Source of the DNA: the human T2T-CHM13v2.0 reference genome, Homo sapiens
Length of the DNA: 64,000 nucleotides
Strand: one strand, 5' to 3'
Assembly: GCF_009914755.1 (NCBI RefSeq)
Contig: NC_060933.1
The translations under genes were made by a program, and so were the position numbers. The first letter of the stretch is position 1; every line of letters starts with the position of its first letter. Shown here piece after piece: positions 14,640 to 32,500 of the stretch. The notes under the pieces are model-generated. The model was not told the origin of the DNA, ran no database searches, and saw only the letters and a list, made by a program, of their open reading frames with translations.

Positions 14640-16990
14640 TTCTGTGAATAATTTACAAATTCTTCATTTTACGGCTTTCTGATAGTGCTTTATGGATCTG
14701 CATGATGATTCTTCCTGTTAATTATACCCTGGTATTTAGCAGCATTCTCAGGGAAATCTATACAGATTTCTAGTCTTTCATTTACATATACTTCTCAGTT
14801 ACTTTTTAGTCTTTCCTGGAAATCCAGCTAGCTCAGGCTTTTTAAACTACAAACTCTTGACTCTTAAACTCAGTGTGATTGCCCTGTTCTGCTTGTATTC
14901 TTCCTCCTTGTTCTGAAGTCCAGAAAGTGCTTCTAGGCAGAAAACTAGGAGATCCCTCTCCTAGCCTTCTGGCTGTCTGAAGTTTGAAAACATGTTTTCT
15001 GAAATTTCATGTTGTTTAGAGAAGGTCAAGTCTAATACTAGTTAAACCATTGCAATCAAATTCAGTTTTCTCTTTTTCAAGATTATCTTTTTTATTATTT
15101 TACTATAATTATATTTGAACTGATCAATGTTTGTTTAGTTTGTCTATCATTCTGCATTGTTAGAACGTATTAATCATAGTTACTTTAAAGTATTTTTCTG
15201 CTAAAGAAGTCCTCTGAGTCATTTGTGGGTCTAGTTCTATTGTTTATATTTTCTCTTATTGTTAATAGGTTCTTGCTTCTTCATACATCTAGTTAAATTA
15301 TTATGTATGGTGAAATTACATATATAAAATATGCCCCCATCATATTGTCATGCCCCAGGGAAGATTTGTTCATTCATATGTTAGAGAAGCAAGGAACTGA
15401 TAATCTCAAAACGGTCAGGTTTATTTTGACTTTTGTAATATTTTGTTTGCAGTTTTAGGAAGACTAATGTATGTTTTGTTCACACATTTCCTAATATGTG
15501 ATTCTCAGTTTTTAATTAAAAGTTCACAGGTTTACTTCCCTTCAGCCATAAAACACTATGAGAAATATAATTTTGTTCTTCATCTGTTCATCCCAATTCT
15601 CCAGGTTTCTGACCACTAAATTTCAAAATCTGACACATTTTTAAGTGAAAAACCAGCCTGTGCTTGAGGAAGTCCTCTTCCGTCAGATTGTTGTTTTCTT
15701 ATCTAGTCGTCAAAAGACTGCAGGAGATTTCATTCTGCCTTTCATTTACATTTAGCCTAGCTTTCCAGTCTCTGATGCAGATTCACAAATCAACAAATAG
15801 CCCATAAAGAAACTAGTGAGTTTTCAGTTGTGGTACTTTTACTTTTACAATTTACATTCCAGTTCCTTACAACTACTACCAGATTTACTGATTTCCCTTA
15901 ACCCCATCAGAGGTCTTTCCAAACCAAGCCCAAATTTCAGATGATGCCTGAAATTAGCAAATGTCCACAGGGAAAAAATACATGAAAATACTTGTTCATT
16001 TTACAAAAGTTTATCGTCCCTAAAATTTTTAAATTATTTAGTTTTTCTTGCTTTCATAGCCCTTCATGAACTGTAATACGATAATATGATTTTTATAAAT
16101 TTATCTTGCTCCTTTTTTAGTTCATGGCACACCATGATACACTGTGTCTTACTTAGAAGCAGAATTCTGCATGATGCTTTTAATTACAATAATTATATTT
16201 TTATGTCAAGAATCTTGAATTTTTTTACTTTCAAATCTTGGTTATTTTTCATGGATTTTTGAACCTTCTTATATTTTCAAGTTTTTCTGTTAATTTTGAA
16301 TATATAGACACTTTTTTTACATGTAGTGTTTATCAACTCTCTTGATGTCTTTGTGGATCGTTTCTTGGTATCTCTTGTTACTGTTTGTCCTCTGACTTTT
16401 CATGTTGAATTATCATAGTTGTTTTTACTGTTATTGCTGTTTTAACTGTGAATGGTGGTTTATCTTTAAAAGTTTATCCATGGGTATTTCCTTGAGAACT
16501 GGATGAAGCTGAGCTCCACAAGGATTTAAGACTGCTGCTACTAATCTTCCAGAAGCACTACCAAACTGCAACCACTGTAAATTGTATTTTTCTGCTGGAG
16601 ACTTTCAGACCAGGTAGAATAAACCTGCACAAAAAATCTCAGATGTGGTATCTCTTGTGTTTAGAAATCTCAGAAGTAATTTATTTTTCCCTACTCAGTT
16701 CCAAAGTAAAGATATATTTTTTTCCATATTCTCCTATGATTTGTGTAAATTTCTCATTTACGTTCCCATGAAAATGTATCCTTTTAATGGTCTAAGCTTT
16801 ATGTGTATTAAACAACTCATTTGGGGAAAATCATAACTATTCTGTTCTCAAATTCCTAAGCTACCACGATCAAGATTACCTTTTTTTTTTTTGGAAAAAA
16901 AAAAAAAAAGGCACATAAAGAGTTCCTTACCTCCAAGATATCTATAACTTTGGATTGTGCTTCTGTGGATTCTTTGACACTGGCTTCCCA
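14640..16990 (-). mobile_element. Old L1M/HAL1 5'-region remnants (probably more than one piece)
   Basis: GTATTAATCATAGTTACTTTAAAGT...GAGTCATTTGTGGGTCTAGTTCTATTG resembles an antisense L1M ORF1 start; very diverged. Confidence 0.45.
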
Positions 16991-16999
16991 ATGTGTTAT

Positions 17000-17200
17000 T
17001 AGATACACACACACTATAGTGTACATATACATATATGTACATGTTTGTACATTTTGTACACACCTGTACATGCATATATATTATATACAAGACATATATA
17101 CATGAATACATGTACATGTGTATACATACGTGTGTGTGTGTATATATATACACATACATATACATTCATAGATTCATACATACAAGTAGATACACATATA
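17000..17200. repeat. Compound (CA)/(TA)/(TG) simple repeat
   Basis: Mostly alternating purine-pyrimidine run with recurrent TGTACA/CATG palindromes. Confidence 0.9.
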
Positions 17201-17203
17201 CTC

Positions 17204-17555
17204 TTGTCTTAGGGCTGCTATAACAAAAACATCATAAACTGAGTGGCTTATAAAGGACAAAAATTTATTTCTTACAGTTTTCGGGACTGGGACGTCCAAG
17301 ATAACGGACATGCAAATTTCTTGTCTGACGAAGGCCGGTTTTCTCATAGATAGTGCCTTCTTGCTGAGACTTCCCATTGTATAAGGGACAAAAAACTCCC
17401 TTGGGCCTCTTTTGGTAAGAGTACTAATCTCATCCATGAGGGTTTTGTCCTCATGACTTAGTCACCTCCCACAAAAACCTATCTTTTAGTACTATTACAT
17501 TGGAGACTGGGTTTCAATGCACAAATTATGGGAGGAAACCAACTTCAGACAATGG
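17204..17555 (-). mobile_element. MaLR solo LTR (MLT1A/MSTD-type)
   Basis: TGTCTTAGGGCTGCTATAACAAA...AATTTATTTCTTACAGTT...CTAATCTCATCCATGAGGG...TTCAGAC. Confidence 0.8.
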
Positions 17556-19396
17556 TGATAATGGGCACGCATATATATTTATGGGCATATATATGTATAT
17601 TTAATTTTACTTAATATTTTGTGCATGTTTATTTTATTTAGGATTGTTTGCAAGTTATCTAGTTAGCCATACTACTATAACAAATATGTTTAAATTTAAT
17701 TTTCATAATTTGATAGGTATTATTATTATAGTCTATAGAAATTTAAAAATGGAAATTGACTAAATCATACATTATTTTATTAAAATGTTAAATATTTGTT
17801 AGTAATTATTTGAGTATACAGTTTACTTACCGTTTATATGCTTAACCACCACATTATGGTAGCTTGAATAAATTAACTCCTGAATAAAAATTATAAGTGC
17901 TGGGATAAAGGAGAAAAAAGTTTTCTCCCTCATGTGACATTTGAGAGTAGTTTAATTCAATTTAACCCTTGCCTTTGAGTAGCAAATGCAAACAGCTGAA
18001 GGTTCCTGCAAAATATGAGGAAGTAGAGTTTATTTGCACTTGAAACAAGTTGCCTATATATATAGCTTATAAGTTGTAAGGACTGTGGTGTTTGGAAAGA
18101 TATTGTAGTTGGAGTCATAACAGAAAACCTGCTGGAAGCTGGAAATTTAAAATTGGTTTCTCAAAAGTGTAAAGTGAATGCTGTTTCATTGCAATTTGGC
18201 AGTATACCAGAAAAATATAAAAGTATTATTGTTTTTCATGCTGATCAAAATTCAGACAAACTAATAGATCTATACATATGTGAATTTTTATTACAATGAT
18301 TTTAATGATGTACTTGCTTCTAAAGCATAATATACTATTTATTATGCCACAGGTTCAAACAATGTTCAAAGAAACTTTCATTCAATCAGATATTTTAGAC
18401 ATAAAAAAGGCAGCATGGGTCCCTAGCTCCAGCTCAGTTTTTAAAACCTTTCAACAGTTCTGTTTACACTTCTACTACAGTAGTTTATTCTGCATTTGCT
18501 ATCCTTAATCAAATAAGGGTTTAAATATGCATAAGGAGTCACACCACATTTGCAACATTAAAAAACATACAATTTCATGTGTTTAATTACCTTATTTATT
18601 AAAGTATAATTTTCTAACAGGTAAAATTATGACTCTAATGCAAATATAAAATTAATTTGTATCAAAGATGTTATTCAACTCATTAAGTGATTCGGGTTCC
18701 AGTAACATATTAACATCATTACAAGGAACATTAAAATTGCTTTATAGCCAATGTTGAGGTAAGATTATTAGTTAGTTCCAACACTGGTTAGTATCCAACA
18801 TAGCCAGAAGCCATAATCTTTGGTAGTTATCTGTTTCATTGGACAGAAATAAATTTCTCTTCTACTGGAGAGAATTTTTCATCTTTTCTACTATTTCTGC
18901 ACAAAAAATGCCTCTCAATAGTAAGACAAACCCAGCATTGCACTAAAAAAAAATCTTAGTAATCTCTTACCCATATTTTTCTTTTTTACTTTATAAAATA
19001 TATCTCTTCATTGGGTTTTCTATCTGAAGATTTACACATATATACAGTAAAATGAATAAAAGCATAGCAAGTGTATATATTAATAACATTTTTACATTTA
19101 TGTTTAATTAAAATACAACACATTGCACATATTCAAAGTGTAAATGACATGATTTTGACATATGCATGTGCCCATTAAATAATCATCATAAACAAGATAA
19201 TAAACATGTCCAAAAGTCCCAAAACTTCCTAGTGAACTTTGTAATGCACACTCATACCTCTCAGGTGTGAAGTACCTAAATACACAGACAGACAAACATG
19301 CACACACACTTGGATATCTAATTGTTTCAGCAGCATTTGTTCAAAATGTTAACCTTATGCCCATGAATTGTCTAAAAACTTTTTTAAAAATTAGCT

Positions 19397-22764
<3,368 letters not shown>

Positions 22765-22993
22765 TCTCAATTCTGCAATTTATAGTACGTACATCTTAAC
22801 ATCATGAACATTTTACATTAAAACCTTTAGATTATATGAAAATTTATAAGGTAGCAATCTAATAATGTAATTACGATGGCAGTATAAAAACGCAGTCATG
22901 TTAATTTAATAATGTTAAAGAAAATAAAACAAATTTTTCTATAAACTTGGATTAAAAATAGTAAAATATTATGTTTATGTTAAAAAACTAGCT

Positions 22994-23460
22994 GATCACA
23001 CATGCATACTTCTTTATTAGTACTACATTATCTTAATTACTCTAATTTTATACGTAGTCTTGAAACTAGGTACTTTTAGTTTTCCAAATTTGTTGCCTAT
23101 CAAGGTGATTTGCCATTCTAGGTCCTTTGACCATCTAAGGAAATTTCAGAATTTCAGCTACATAATTTCTAAAAGAAGAAATCCAGCTAGGATTTGATTG
23201 GGGTGATCGATGTGGGCGGAGTAAACATCTTAACAGTATTGAGATTTACAGCTTAGAAATTCCATTCCATTTATTTAGGTCTTTATTTATCTCAGCAATA
23301 TTTTATAGTTTCAAGGGTACAGATGTTTCCTGTTGTTTTCAGAATTATCCCTAAGTACTATACATTTTGATACTATTGTAAACGTTGTTATTTTAATTTT
23401 TTCTCTTTCCATTGACGGTCTTAAATCATAATTTAATTGGGTAATACAACTGGGTTTTGA
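22994..23460 (-). mobile_element. Old L1M ORF2 fragment (host of the L1PA insertion; continues at ~19040-19396)
   Basis: Antisense L1 motifs GTCTTGAAACTAGGTA, CTAGGATTTGATTGGGG, TTCCATTTATTTAGGTCTTT. Confidence 0.7.
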
Positions 23461-23688
23461 AAAAAGTATATATATACACACAAACACGCATATATATTAT
23501 ATATAAACCAAATATATTCATATAATATACATTTTATTTTTTCTGAATTTTGCACAGTGGCTGTGCTATTATATCTTGTTATAATTGTACTTAATAACAC
23601 TCAGCCTGTTTTCAAGGACAATATATCCAAAAACATGGCATGTTTCAGTTTATTTAGCATCACAAAACTCTCAAATTGTACTTACTTT

Positions 23689-25376
23689 TGATGGCAGTGG
23701 TGCCCCCTCTGGAGTGGCCACTGCGAGAGCGCCAGCTGCAGTGGGGGAGGTGCAGTCCGGCCTGCATGCTTCACAGAACCAGCCGGGGCCAGAAACAGGC
23801 AAGAACCCTGCACCTTACAGAGCTGGCGGGACGCGAGCACCATGCTCCCACCATGCTCCCAGGTGCAGTTGCAGCGGCCCAGCTGTGGCTCTGGACCTGG
23901 GCAGCCCTGTGCTCTTGGGGGCCTGGGAAACACCCTGACCTTGCAGGCTAGGAAGTGCTTGCTCATGTTCCCTGGCCTCTCCCTGCTCCCAGGGCTTGCT
24001 TTGGTGTGAAGCAAAGTTGTGGCTGAGCCCGGGGAACTGTTGCGACCCAGACAGACATGTGCGTGATATAGGGCTGCTGACACACCAGCCTCCAGCCGCC
24101 TCAGCCCCCTCCAGACTCTGGGCACTAACGAGAACGTGAGGGAGGCTGCGGGGCTGAGGGTGGCTCGGCATGGGCCTGTGGGCACCCCTTAGCGTGGACA
24201 GCCTGGGCACCGCAGCCGGTATATTGATGGCGGTGGGAGGCTAAGAGGTTTCCGGGCGGGAAGAGCTGGGTCCCCAGTGAAACCCCACCTTCAAGCCAGG
24301 GATGACCCAAAGGCTAGGGGCCACGCTACCAGTTCCGGGTGGAGTCCGCTACCCGGATGGTGCTTTTTCCAGGCCCGCCCATGGCTGCCCATAGACCAAT
24401 CAGCATTCACTTCCTCCATTCTGAGTCTAGTTTCAGTCAGACTCACTGGGACGACCTGCCTGCAGAAAGGAGCTACTCACTTTGGGTCTCCTGAGAGCTG
24501 TTCTTTCAGTAAAGCTCCCCTCCACCTTGCTCACCCTCCAGTTGTCCTCAGTATAACCTGATTTTTCCTGGATGGGGGACGAGAACTCAGGACCTGCCAA
24601 ACAGCGGGAGCGAAAGGAGCTGTAACACGCTGGCCGGCTCACAGGGTTGCCGGTGGTCAAACGCTCCCTGACTGTGGGAGTGAAGAGTGGCGACCCTCCT
24701 TGGGGGCCCAGAACTCGGGATTCCCTGGGCCAGACCTGCTGTGACACTAATCCCCTCCATCTATGCCGGGTGGCCGCCCCACGTAACAGGAAGCAGCACC
24801 AGGGCCAGTTTCCATGAACCAGAGTAGGGCGGAGAGACTGAAAGCTGTCACACAAATGGACCGAATCACATCCCACCCCCGAAATTGCCCCCTCGCTTGT
24901 GCTGCAGAAGAACAGAAAGAGAGAAGAGCTGCAGCCTTTCTGGGAGCACAGACCTCAGGGCTCCCCGAACCAGGGCTGAGACACGCCTCTTTTGGGCTCT
25001 GCAATTTCTGGCATCTCTGAGCTTTTGGGCATTACCACGCTTATGACCCCAGTGGAAGCCTCTTGCAGTACACGGTGCCGGTACCTGCGCAGGCACCTGG
25101 AGCTGCCCATCCCGCTGCAGTAGCCGATGTGCCTGGATTTGTGGAACCAGATAATTTTCTGCGTCAGCCGCTTGCTCCCTCACACAGCCCTCGCTGCCCC
25201 ACTCCTAGCTGGCCCTTGGCAGGCGTGGGATCTGGGCTGGTAGCCCAAGCTGAGTACAGCCTGCTGGGCTGAGTGGGCAGAACAAGATCAACAGGTAAGA
25301 GCAATACTCAAGCAGAAGGCACCGCTAACCACAGAGGTTTCTGGCTGGCGTAGCGACACCCAAGGATCCTGTGACA
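23689..25376 (+). mobile_element. MER52A-type ERV1 solo LTR, full length
   Basis: TGATGGCAGTGG start, GGATCCTGTGACA end (TG...CA), 4-bp TSD CTTT at 23685-23688 and 25377-25380; GC-rich 1688 bp. Confidence 0.88.
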
Positions 25377-25477
25377 CTTTTTAAAAACTGGAACACGAAA
25401 AGAATACAAAATCGGCTCATAAGCAAACATATAACTACATATGACAATTATATAAATACTAATCCAACCACTTTTTA

Positions 25478-25479
25478 TT

Positions 25480-25510
<31 letters not shown>

Positions 25511-25813
25511 TGTATTTATTTATTTTTGAGACAAGAGTCTCACTCTGTTGCCTAGGCTGGAGTGCAGTGGCGCGATCTCGCCTCACTGCAACCTCCAACC
25601 TCTGCCTCCGGGTTCAAGCGATTCTCCTGCTTTAGCCTTTCTAGGAGCTGGGATTACAGGCACCCACCACCATGCCCGGCTGATTTTTGTATTTTTAGTA
25701 GAGATGGGGTTTCACTCTGTTGGCCAGGCTGTCGAACTCCTGCCCTTAAGTGATCCACCTGCCTCGGCCTCCCAAAGTGCTGTGATTACAGGCGTGAGCC
25801 ACAGCACCTGGCA
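25478..25813 (-). mobile_element. Alu SINE (AluS-type) with (TTTA)n tail
   Basis: Antisense Alu; TSD AACCACTTTTTA at 25466-25477 and 25814-25825. Confidence 0.97.
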
Positions 25814-26029
25814 AACCACTTTTTAATTTTACGTTTATATTCTTACTCTTTTTTTTTTCTTCTCTTGGAACTGTCTTATGCTGTTTATTTACTTTGGGTT
25901 TCATTTCTCTCCTTTTTTTTCCCTAATCTACTTTCTAATATTTTACTAATGTTATGCTCCTTTTTGAGACTTTAAGAAAGTTGTGTAATTTTTGCTTTGT
26001 ATCACAAATACATATACATATCTAATTAA

Positions 26030-26530
26030 ATTAAAGCAGGGACTCAAACAGATATTTGTGCAGGATTTTCATTAGCAATATTATTCATAATAGCCAAAGG
26101 GAGGAAGCAACCCCAGTGAATATTTATGGATAAGTGAATAAACAAAATGTAGTGTACACTACAACATATTATTCAGCCTTAAAAAATAAATTCTGACAAA
26201 TTCTACAAGATAGATGAAACTTAAGGACATTATGGTAAGTGAAAGAAACCATTCACAAAAATAAAATATTGTGTGATGCCAATTATAGGAGTTACTTGGA
26301 GATGTCAAATTAGTAGAGACAGAAAGTAGAATGGTGATTGCCAGAGTCTGGAAGGAGGGGAGTTATGTTTAATGGGTACAGAGTTTTGGTTGGAAAAGAA
26401 GAGAAGTTCTGGAGATGTATGGTGATGATGGTTCCAAAACAGTGCAAATATACTTAATGCCACAGAGCCATGCACTTATGATGATTAAAAAGATACATTT
26501 TATGTTCTGTATGTCTTTCCAGAATAAAAA
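26030..26530 (+). mobile_element. L1MB-type 3' end
   Basis: AAAGCAGGGACTCAAACAGATATTTG...GAGACAGAAAGTAGAATGGTG...GTTCTGGAGATG. Confidence 0.85.
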
Positions 26531-26616
26531 CACCCTGCAATTAAAGCATAGGAATGTAGTATATTATATAGAGTTTCATAATGATATTTTAAAAGTTTGC
26601 ATATAATTAGAATTTC

Positions 26617-26958
<342 letters not shown>

Positions 26959-28479
26959 CTAGAACATACCAATACATATGTAAGAAAACCATAAAACATC
27001 TCTTTTTTCAATCAGATTTACTAGGAAAATTTTATCAAACCAGTCAATTTTGTTCAATAATATTACTGTATTCTTATTTCTAATAATCAAATTGTGGAAA
27101 AGCATCATATAGACTAAAATTACATTATCATACTGACTGCATAAAATAATTTTGAAAACAGTAGAAGTTATAAGTAGCCCCTATAAGTAAAACATGAGTA
27201 CACAGAACAAAAAATTAATAGGATGCAATTCCAATAACACTGACCTGATTTCTTCATCTGGTAGTTGTTTTTTTATATATATAATGGAAATTTAGTGTTT
27301 TGAATAATTCATCTAAGTTTTTGTTTGTATTTATAATTAATGAGATGCTATACAAACTTGAGTCAATGACACAGAATTCTACAAGATCAAGAAGTATCTT
27401 CTAGGGCCCTTTCTTTTCAAATTCTTTTTAAACTACCTAAGAGGCAGCTGATGCTCCATAAATTATATCATCTCCCTTACATAATTTTTTTCCAAAAAAT
27501 GTGTTCAGCATGAAATATTAGCTACAGAGTAAGCTAAATAAATTAAACATGAAATATAGTTTTGCCCTTAAAAATAATTTGCAATAAGATCTTGGTATTT
27601 GTTTTTCTGAAGTGAAGCATTCTTATAAAGTGTAATAACCTTGTGGGAGAAAACCTGCGGGGAAAATGGAGAAACACTGAAGTTTTAATTATCTTTCTTG
27701 AGGTTACAACCTTTATAATCTCTCTTAATAATCTTTGTTTGTGACAAAGCTCCTGCAGCTCCCTCAAAAGTGAGTGGCTGAGATTCCTGATGGCATAGTA
27801 GAACATTTCATTCAATCCCCTTTCTTTTCCAGTGCCTGTATTTCAGTATACAATTTCTATAAACCTTAGTTAGCTATTTCAACCCGAAATCACAATGACA
27901 ATATATTCTATCTCAAGTTAGGCAGTTCCTCTGAGTGTTTTTTTTTTTTTAATTCTCAAGACTGTACCTATGGGATTCTAAAGAATCTACAAAAATAAAA
28001 ATGTTTTAAAAAGGAGTGAGAGAGAGAGAAGAAACTGTATAGTTCATTCTATTATTGTTACTAAAACTCAGCATTATTCTCTGTTAATCTAATTTAAATT
28101 GGTGAGATCATTTAATATTTATATCTTCAACAAAAATTTGAAATCACGAACAAGAAATTTAATTTGCTAATAAATGTTTGAGTTGAATTCAAATCCTTAT
28201 ATGTTACCTTAAATAAAGAGTACAAGTTGAATTATGATACAGAAAACTTTATCCCTCATTATCCAATAATCAGAGCTATATTAAACTTGAAATAAAATGG
28301 TTACAATTATGAAAATTCTTGATAAGTTATACCCAAAATTTTGCTTTAATGAAATAGATTTAACTAAGTAATAGCATTATCTGCTTAAATGTGTTCAGTC
28401 TAGCAACTCAAAGGCCTCCTAATATTTACAATAGCTTGATAGTGACATTTGGTAAGCATTGATTTTCCTATCACTGTGT

Positions 28480-28690
28480 GTACAGCATACTCTGAATTTC
28501 AGAATTCCAATTTTCCCTCTGCTATTTGGGCACATTGATTAACATCTTTGTGACTCAATATGTTCACTCTTAAAATTGTAACAATGGTAGTACCTAGGTA
28601 TTCAGTTTTTGTGATGTGATGTGATGTGTATTAAATGCATCATAGTTTCTGCCAGGTAGTAATTTCTCAATAAATATTTGCTAATGCTTT
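28480..28690 (+). mobile_element. MIR SINE
   Basis: TTGGGCACATTGATTAACATCTTTGTGACTCAAT...TAAAAT...AGTACCT...CTCAATAAATATT core. Confidence 0.7.
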
Positions 28691-29559
28691 ACTGCAAACA
28701 GAAAAATGGGTTGTAATAATGTTGATGCTATTGATTCTCCTCATATAGGACATTTAATTGTTTCTAAAAGAACTTGCATTTAAGTTAGGGCACTATTTTG
28801 TGTTCAGACTGAAAATACTATATAGTCATATTTAAGAAAAACAAGTCTTACATGAATGTCTTAATAAAAGAATTCATAAATGAACTTAAGGAAGAACAGG
28901 GAAGATGGAATAATGCTTTGTGGCATAGAAGGCATTTGTTGGAAATCTTTCAGCTCAACTAAGACTTGAAACAAAATTGAAAATATTTACAAAAAATTTA
29001 AATGCAGTATTGACCCTGATGAGTTTCTGAGGAAAATACAGTCCAACATTATTCAAAAGAGACTAATCAAAGTAGTTCTTAAGAAAATGTTTTGAAAAGA
29101 GATTATAAAACGAAGATCAGGTATGTAATTATTTTAATAATCTAGTCATGAGATAAAAAGCATTGAGTATTTTTGTTTGGTTACTTTCTTTTGTCACAGA
29201 AAAATGACAGTTTCAAGAGTCATTCTTTGTTAAGCATAGAGAGCATTTTACATTTTGAACCAGTGTCATATGGTGCTGAGAAGGTTAATATGCCAATTTG
29301 TGTCTAAGTCGACAATTTTGATCTCAATCAAAATACTTTATTCACATAACTGATGAGTGTCTGCACTTGATTTAGTGCTGAAATGTCAAACTAGGACTTA
29401 TGAAAAAAGTAACTTAATATTAGAGTTGCAAGAGGCTTAAATTGAAAATAATGATTCAATTCAACTCATCACTACTGAGATAAGGAAACTGAAAACAAAA
29501 TATATGCAACTACATGAACATTGGCTTCTCTCCTAAGAATCAAAACCCTTAAATGGCCG

Positions 29560-32500
29560 AGACAGAAAATTATCTGGTTCCACAAATGCAGGCAAAATTT
29601 TACTGTTTCTGGGAGATCATTAGGTGCAAAACACATCAGCCTTTAGAGTAGCTTAATAAACCTCTCATGCCCCATTCCATCCCCATCTGGGACCAGCGAA
29701 AGGATTACTGCTTCTTGGGAAGGTGTGGAGCAAAACTACTTCTGCACCAGGGGAGGGACAAGGATTGTTTTGGGGCCCCAGATTTTGCACTAAAGCAGAA
29801 ATGTGCACCTATGGTCAAGAGTGGGAAAACCAAAGGTGCATTGATCCTATGCAAGAAGAAACAAAATATTGTGTCCCTGTTGTGGTGTAAGAGACATGCA
29901 ATAATATAAAGCAAAGGTTTTCTACCACTGAGGTGGGAGGAGGGCAAGGTAGTATTTCTTCTCAAAAAAAACTAATACAGATAAGTGACAGTTTGACTCC
30001 TACTAGAGTGAGAGTTAGGAAGTGCTGAGAATAACCTATCTCTGAGTGTCTGATTTTCAGGCTGGCTCAAAAATAACCAGAATCATCCCTCTGCTCACAA
30101 TATAAATTTTGTACCTAGTCAAAAGAAATATTGTTCTATAGTTAAAGAGGAACAAGAAAGTGGAGGGAGACCATTTCTATTACACAGGTGTGTAGGGATT
30201 GCTAAAACTAATAGTGGAACAGGAGCATTGGCATATGCCCTTCAGAGCCTCAGGCCCCAGACTGGATACAGGATAGTAGCAGCCCCACTGATGGAGGAAT
30301 TTGAATTATATGGTTCACTGAATGTTCTGACAACAGTGACAAAACCCAACCCAGGTCAACTTTGAAAATATTGACTTAACTCTTGCTCCTGCCCAGACTA
30401 ATATCATGAAAAAACAAAAGTATAAAATAAGCAGAGCATAAATAATGATCTCATGATTTACTACTTTTCTACCCCTGATGATTTGCATTACTTTATAAAT
30501 TGGGAGGCACATAAAAGCAGGCAAAAACAAAACAAAAGGAATGTTGTCAAAATGTAGTGAAATCAACAGAATCAAACTTAGAGAGAATATAGATGTTGGA
30601 ACACACATGCAAGTAATTTAAAATAATAATGATCAAAATTTTAAAGGATTTAGTAAAAAAAAAAGACACCCTGTATGAACAGATGAGGAATTTCATCAGA
30701 GATGGGAAAAATGAAAGACAAATGCTAGAAACAAATGAAAATATGAGAACAGGAATGAAGAATCACATGGGAAAGCTGATTAGTGAACTGGTCAGAGCTA
30801 AAGAAAGAGGCACTACGTTTTATAGTAGGTCCAATATAAATTATTTAAAAGGAAGCACAGGGGAAAAACAAACAAACAAAGAAAAACAAAACCAAACAAA
30901 CAAACAAAAATTCAAGAGAGTCCACGAATTCTGTGATAGCGTAAAATGGATTAAAATACAATTAATTGAAATCCATGAAGGAAATTACAAAGAGAATTGG
31001 AGAGAAGAAATATTTGAAAAGATAACTAAAGAAATCAGATAACCTCAAAGAGCTCCAAGAAAAATTAGTACAAAATTTAAGCACACCTAGAATAATCGTA
31101 CAAGTCAAACTGCTGAAAACCATAGAATTAAAAAAAAATATTGAATTTCGTCACAGAAAAATAGGAATGTTATCTAAAGAAGAACAAAAATAAATATTAC
31201 AGTGAACTGTTTGTCAGAATTTCTATAGGCCAGAAGCCATTGATATGAAATCTTAAAAGAATTGAAAAAAAGTCAACCCATCATCGTATACCCATTAAAT
31301 ATATAACTAATAACATTTAAATGAGAACTTTTTTTAAAAAATAAGCAGTGGAAGCATCCATTGCTGACAGGATTGCACTAATCTAAATGTAAAAGGGGTT
31401 TTTTAAGACAGAAGGAATACGGATCCAGATGGAAATTGAAACTATGCAAAGAAATGAAGAAGGTAGGAAAAGATAAAAATAAGAATGCAAAGCTCAATTA
31501 TTTTCCATTGTTCTAAAGATAATTGATTGTCTAAATAAAAAAAAAAGTAACTTTATACTATAGAACCGTGGTCCCCAAACTTGGCAGCAGGGACTGGTTT
31601 CATGGAAGACAATTTTTCCACACACAGAGGGTGGGTGGAGGGTTTCAGGATGAAACTTTTCCACATCAGATCAGGCATTATATTCTCATAAGGAATGTGC
31701 AACCTAGATCCCTCATATGCACATTCATAATAGAGTTTGCACTCCTATGCAAATCTTATGCCATGGATATCTGACAGGAGGCACAGCTCAAGGGGTAATG
31801 TTCACTCACATGCAGCTCACATCCTGCTGTGTGTCCAGGTTCCTAACAGGCCAGGAACCTATACTGGTCTGTAGCCTGGGGATTGGCGACCCTGCTGTGC
31901 AGATCATAATATTTGAGAGTATAATGCATGACATAAGTAGTACAGAATAAGGAAAGAAGGAAGAGAAATACATACATTTAAGGCTTTTACACTCTATTTT
32001 TGTTGATATGAATGGTAGATTATCATAATTAGTTAAACTACATATTGAAATCCCTAGAGCAACAACAAACATTTATAAAAGGTGGTTTATCCATTGTTTT
32101 TATAGAACTTCCAGTTTTTTATTTTTAAAGTAGTATTTGTGCTGTTATATATGAAGTAAGGTTAATCTTAAATATCCATGTTTTGAGAATTAGCAACAAT
32201 GACAAACTAATTCAATATAAATAGTTTTATTATTATATATTAATATTTTAATATTAGTTATTAAAATAAGCATTTAAAAATTCCATCCCAACATTAGGAC
32301 AATATATTACAAATAATATTTTAAAATTGGTATGTACTGCATTAAAGTTTTCTGTTATTCTATGAAGTTATTTCAATTAATTTTAGGATTGCACATAACA
32401 TAGATATGGAATTGCATAAAGGTCACATAAAAAAGTTGCCAATTATCTTATATTTGTGTTTTTGTTTATTTCATAATGTTAAATAATATTTTTAACGAAG

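Noticed and set aside
16848-17223. Tyr/Met/His-rich ORFs
   Set aside because: Translations of a dinucleotide repeat
23585-25272. Dense overlapping ORFs and a CpG-island-like gene start
   Set aside because: All lie within the GC-rich MER52 LTR, where stop codons are rare; no recognisable protein
30629-31042. 137-aa L1 ORF1-like ORF as a domesticated gene
   Set aside because: Fragmentary, drifts out of the ORF1 frame through an (AAAC)n tract, and the rest of ORF1 is disrupted
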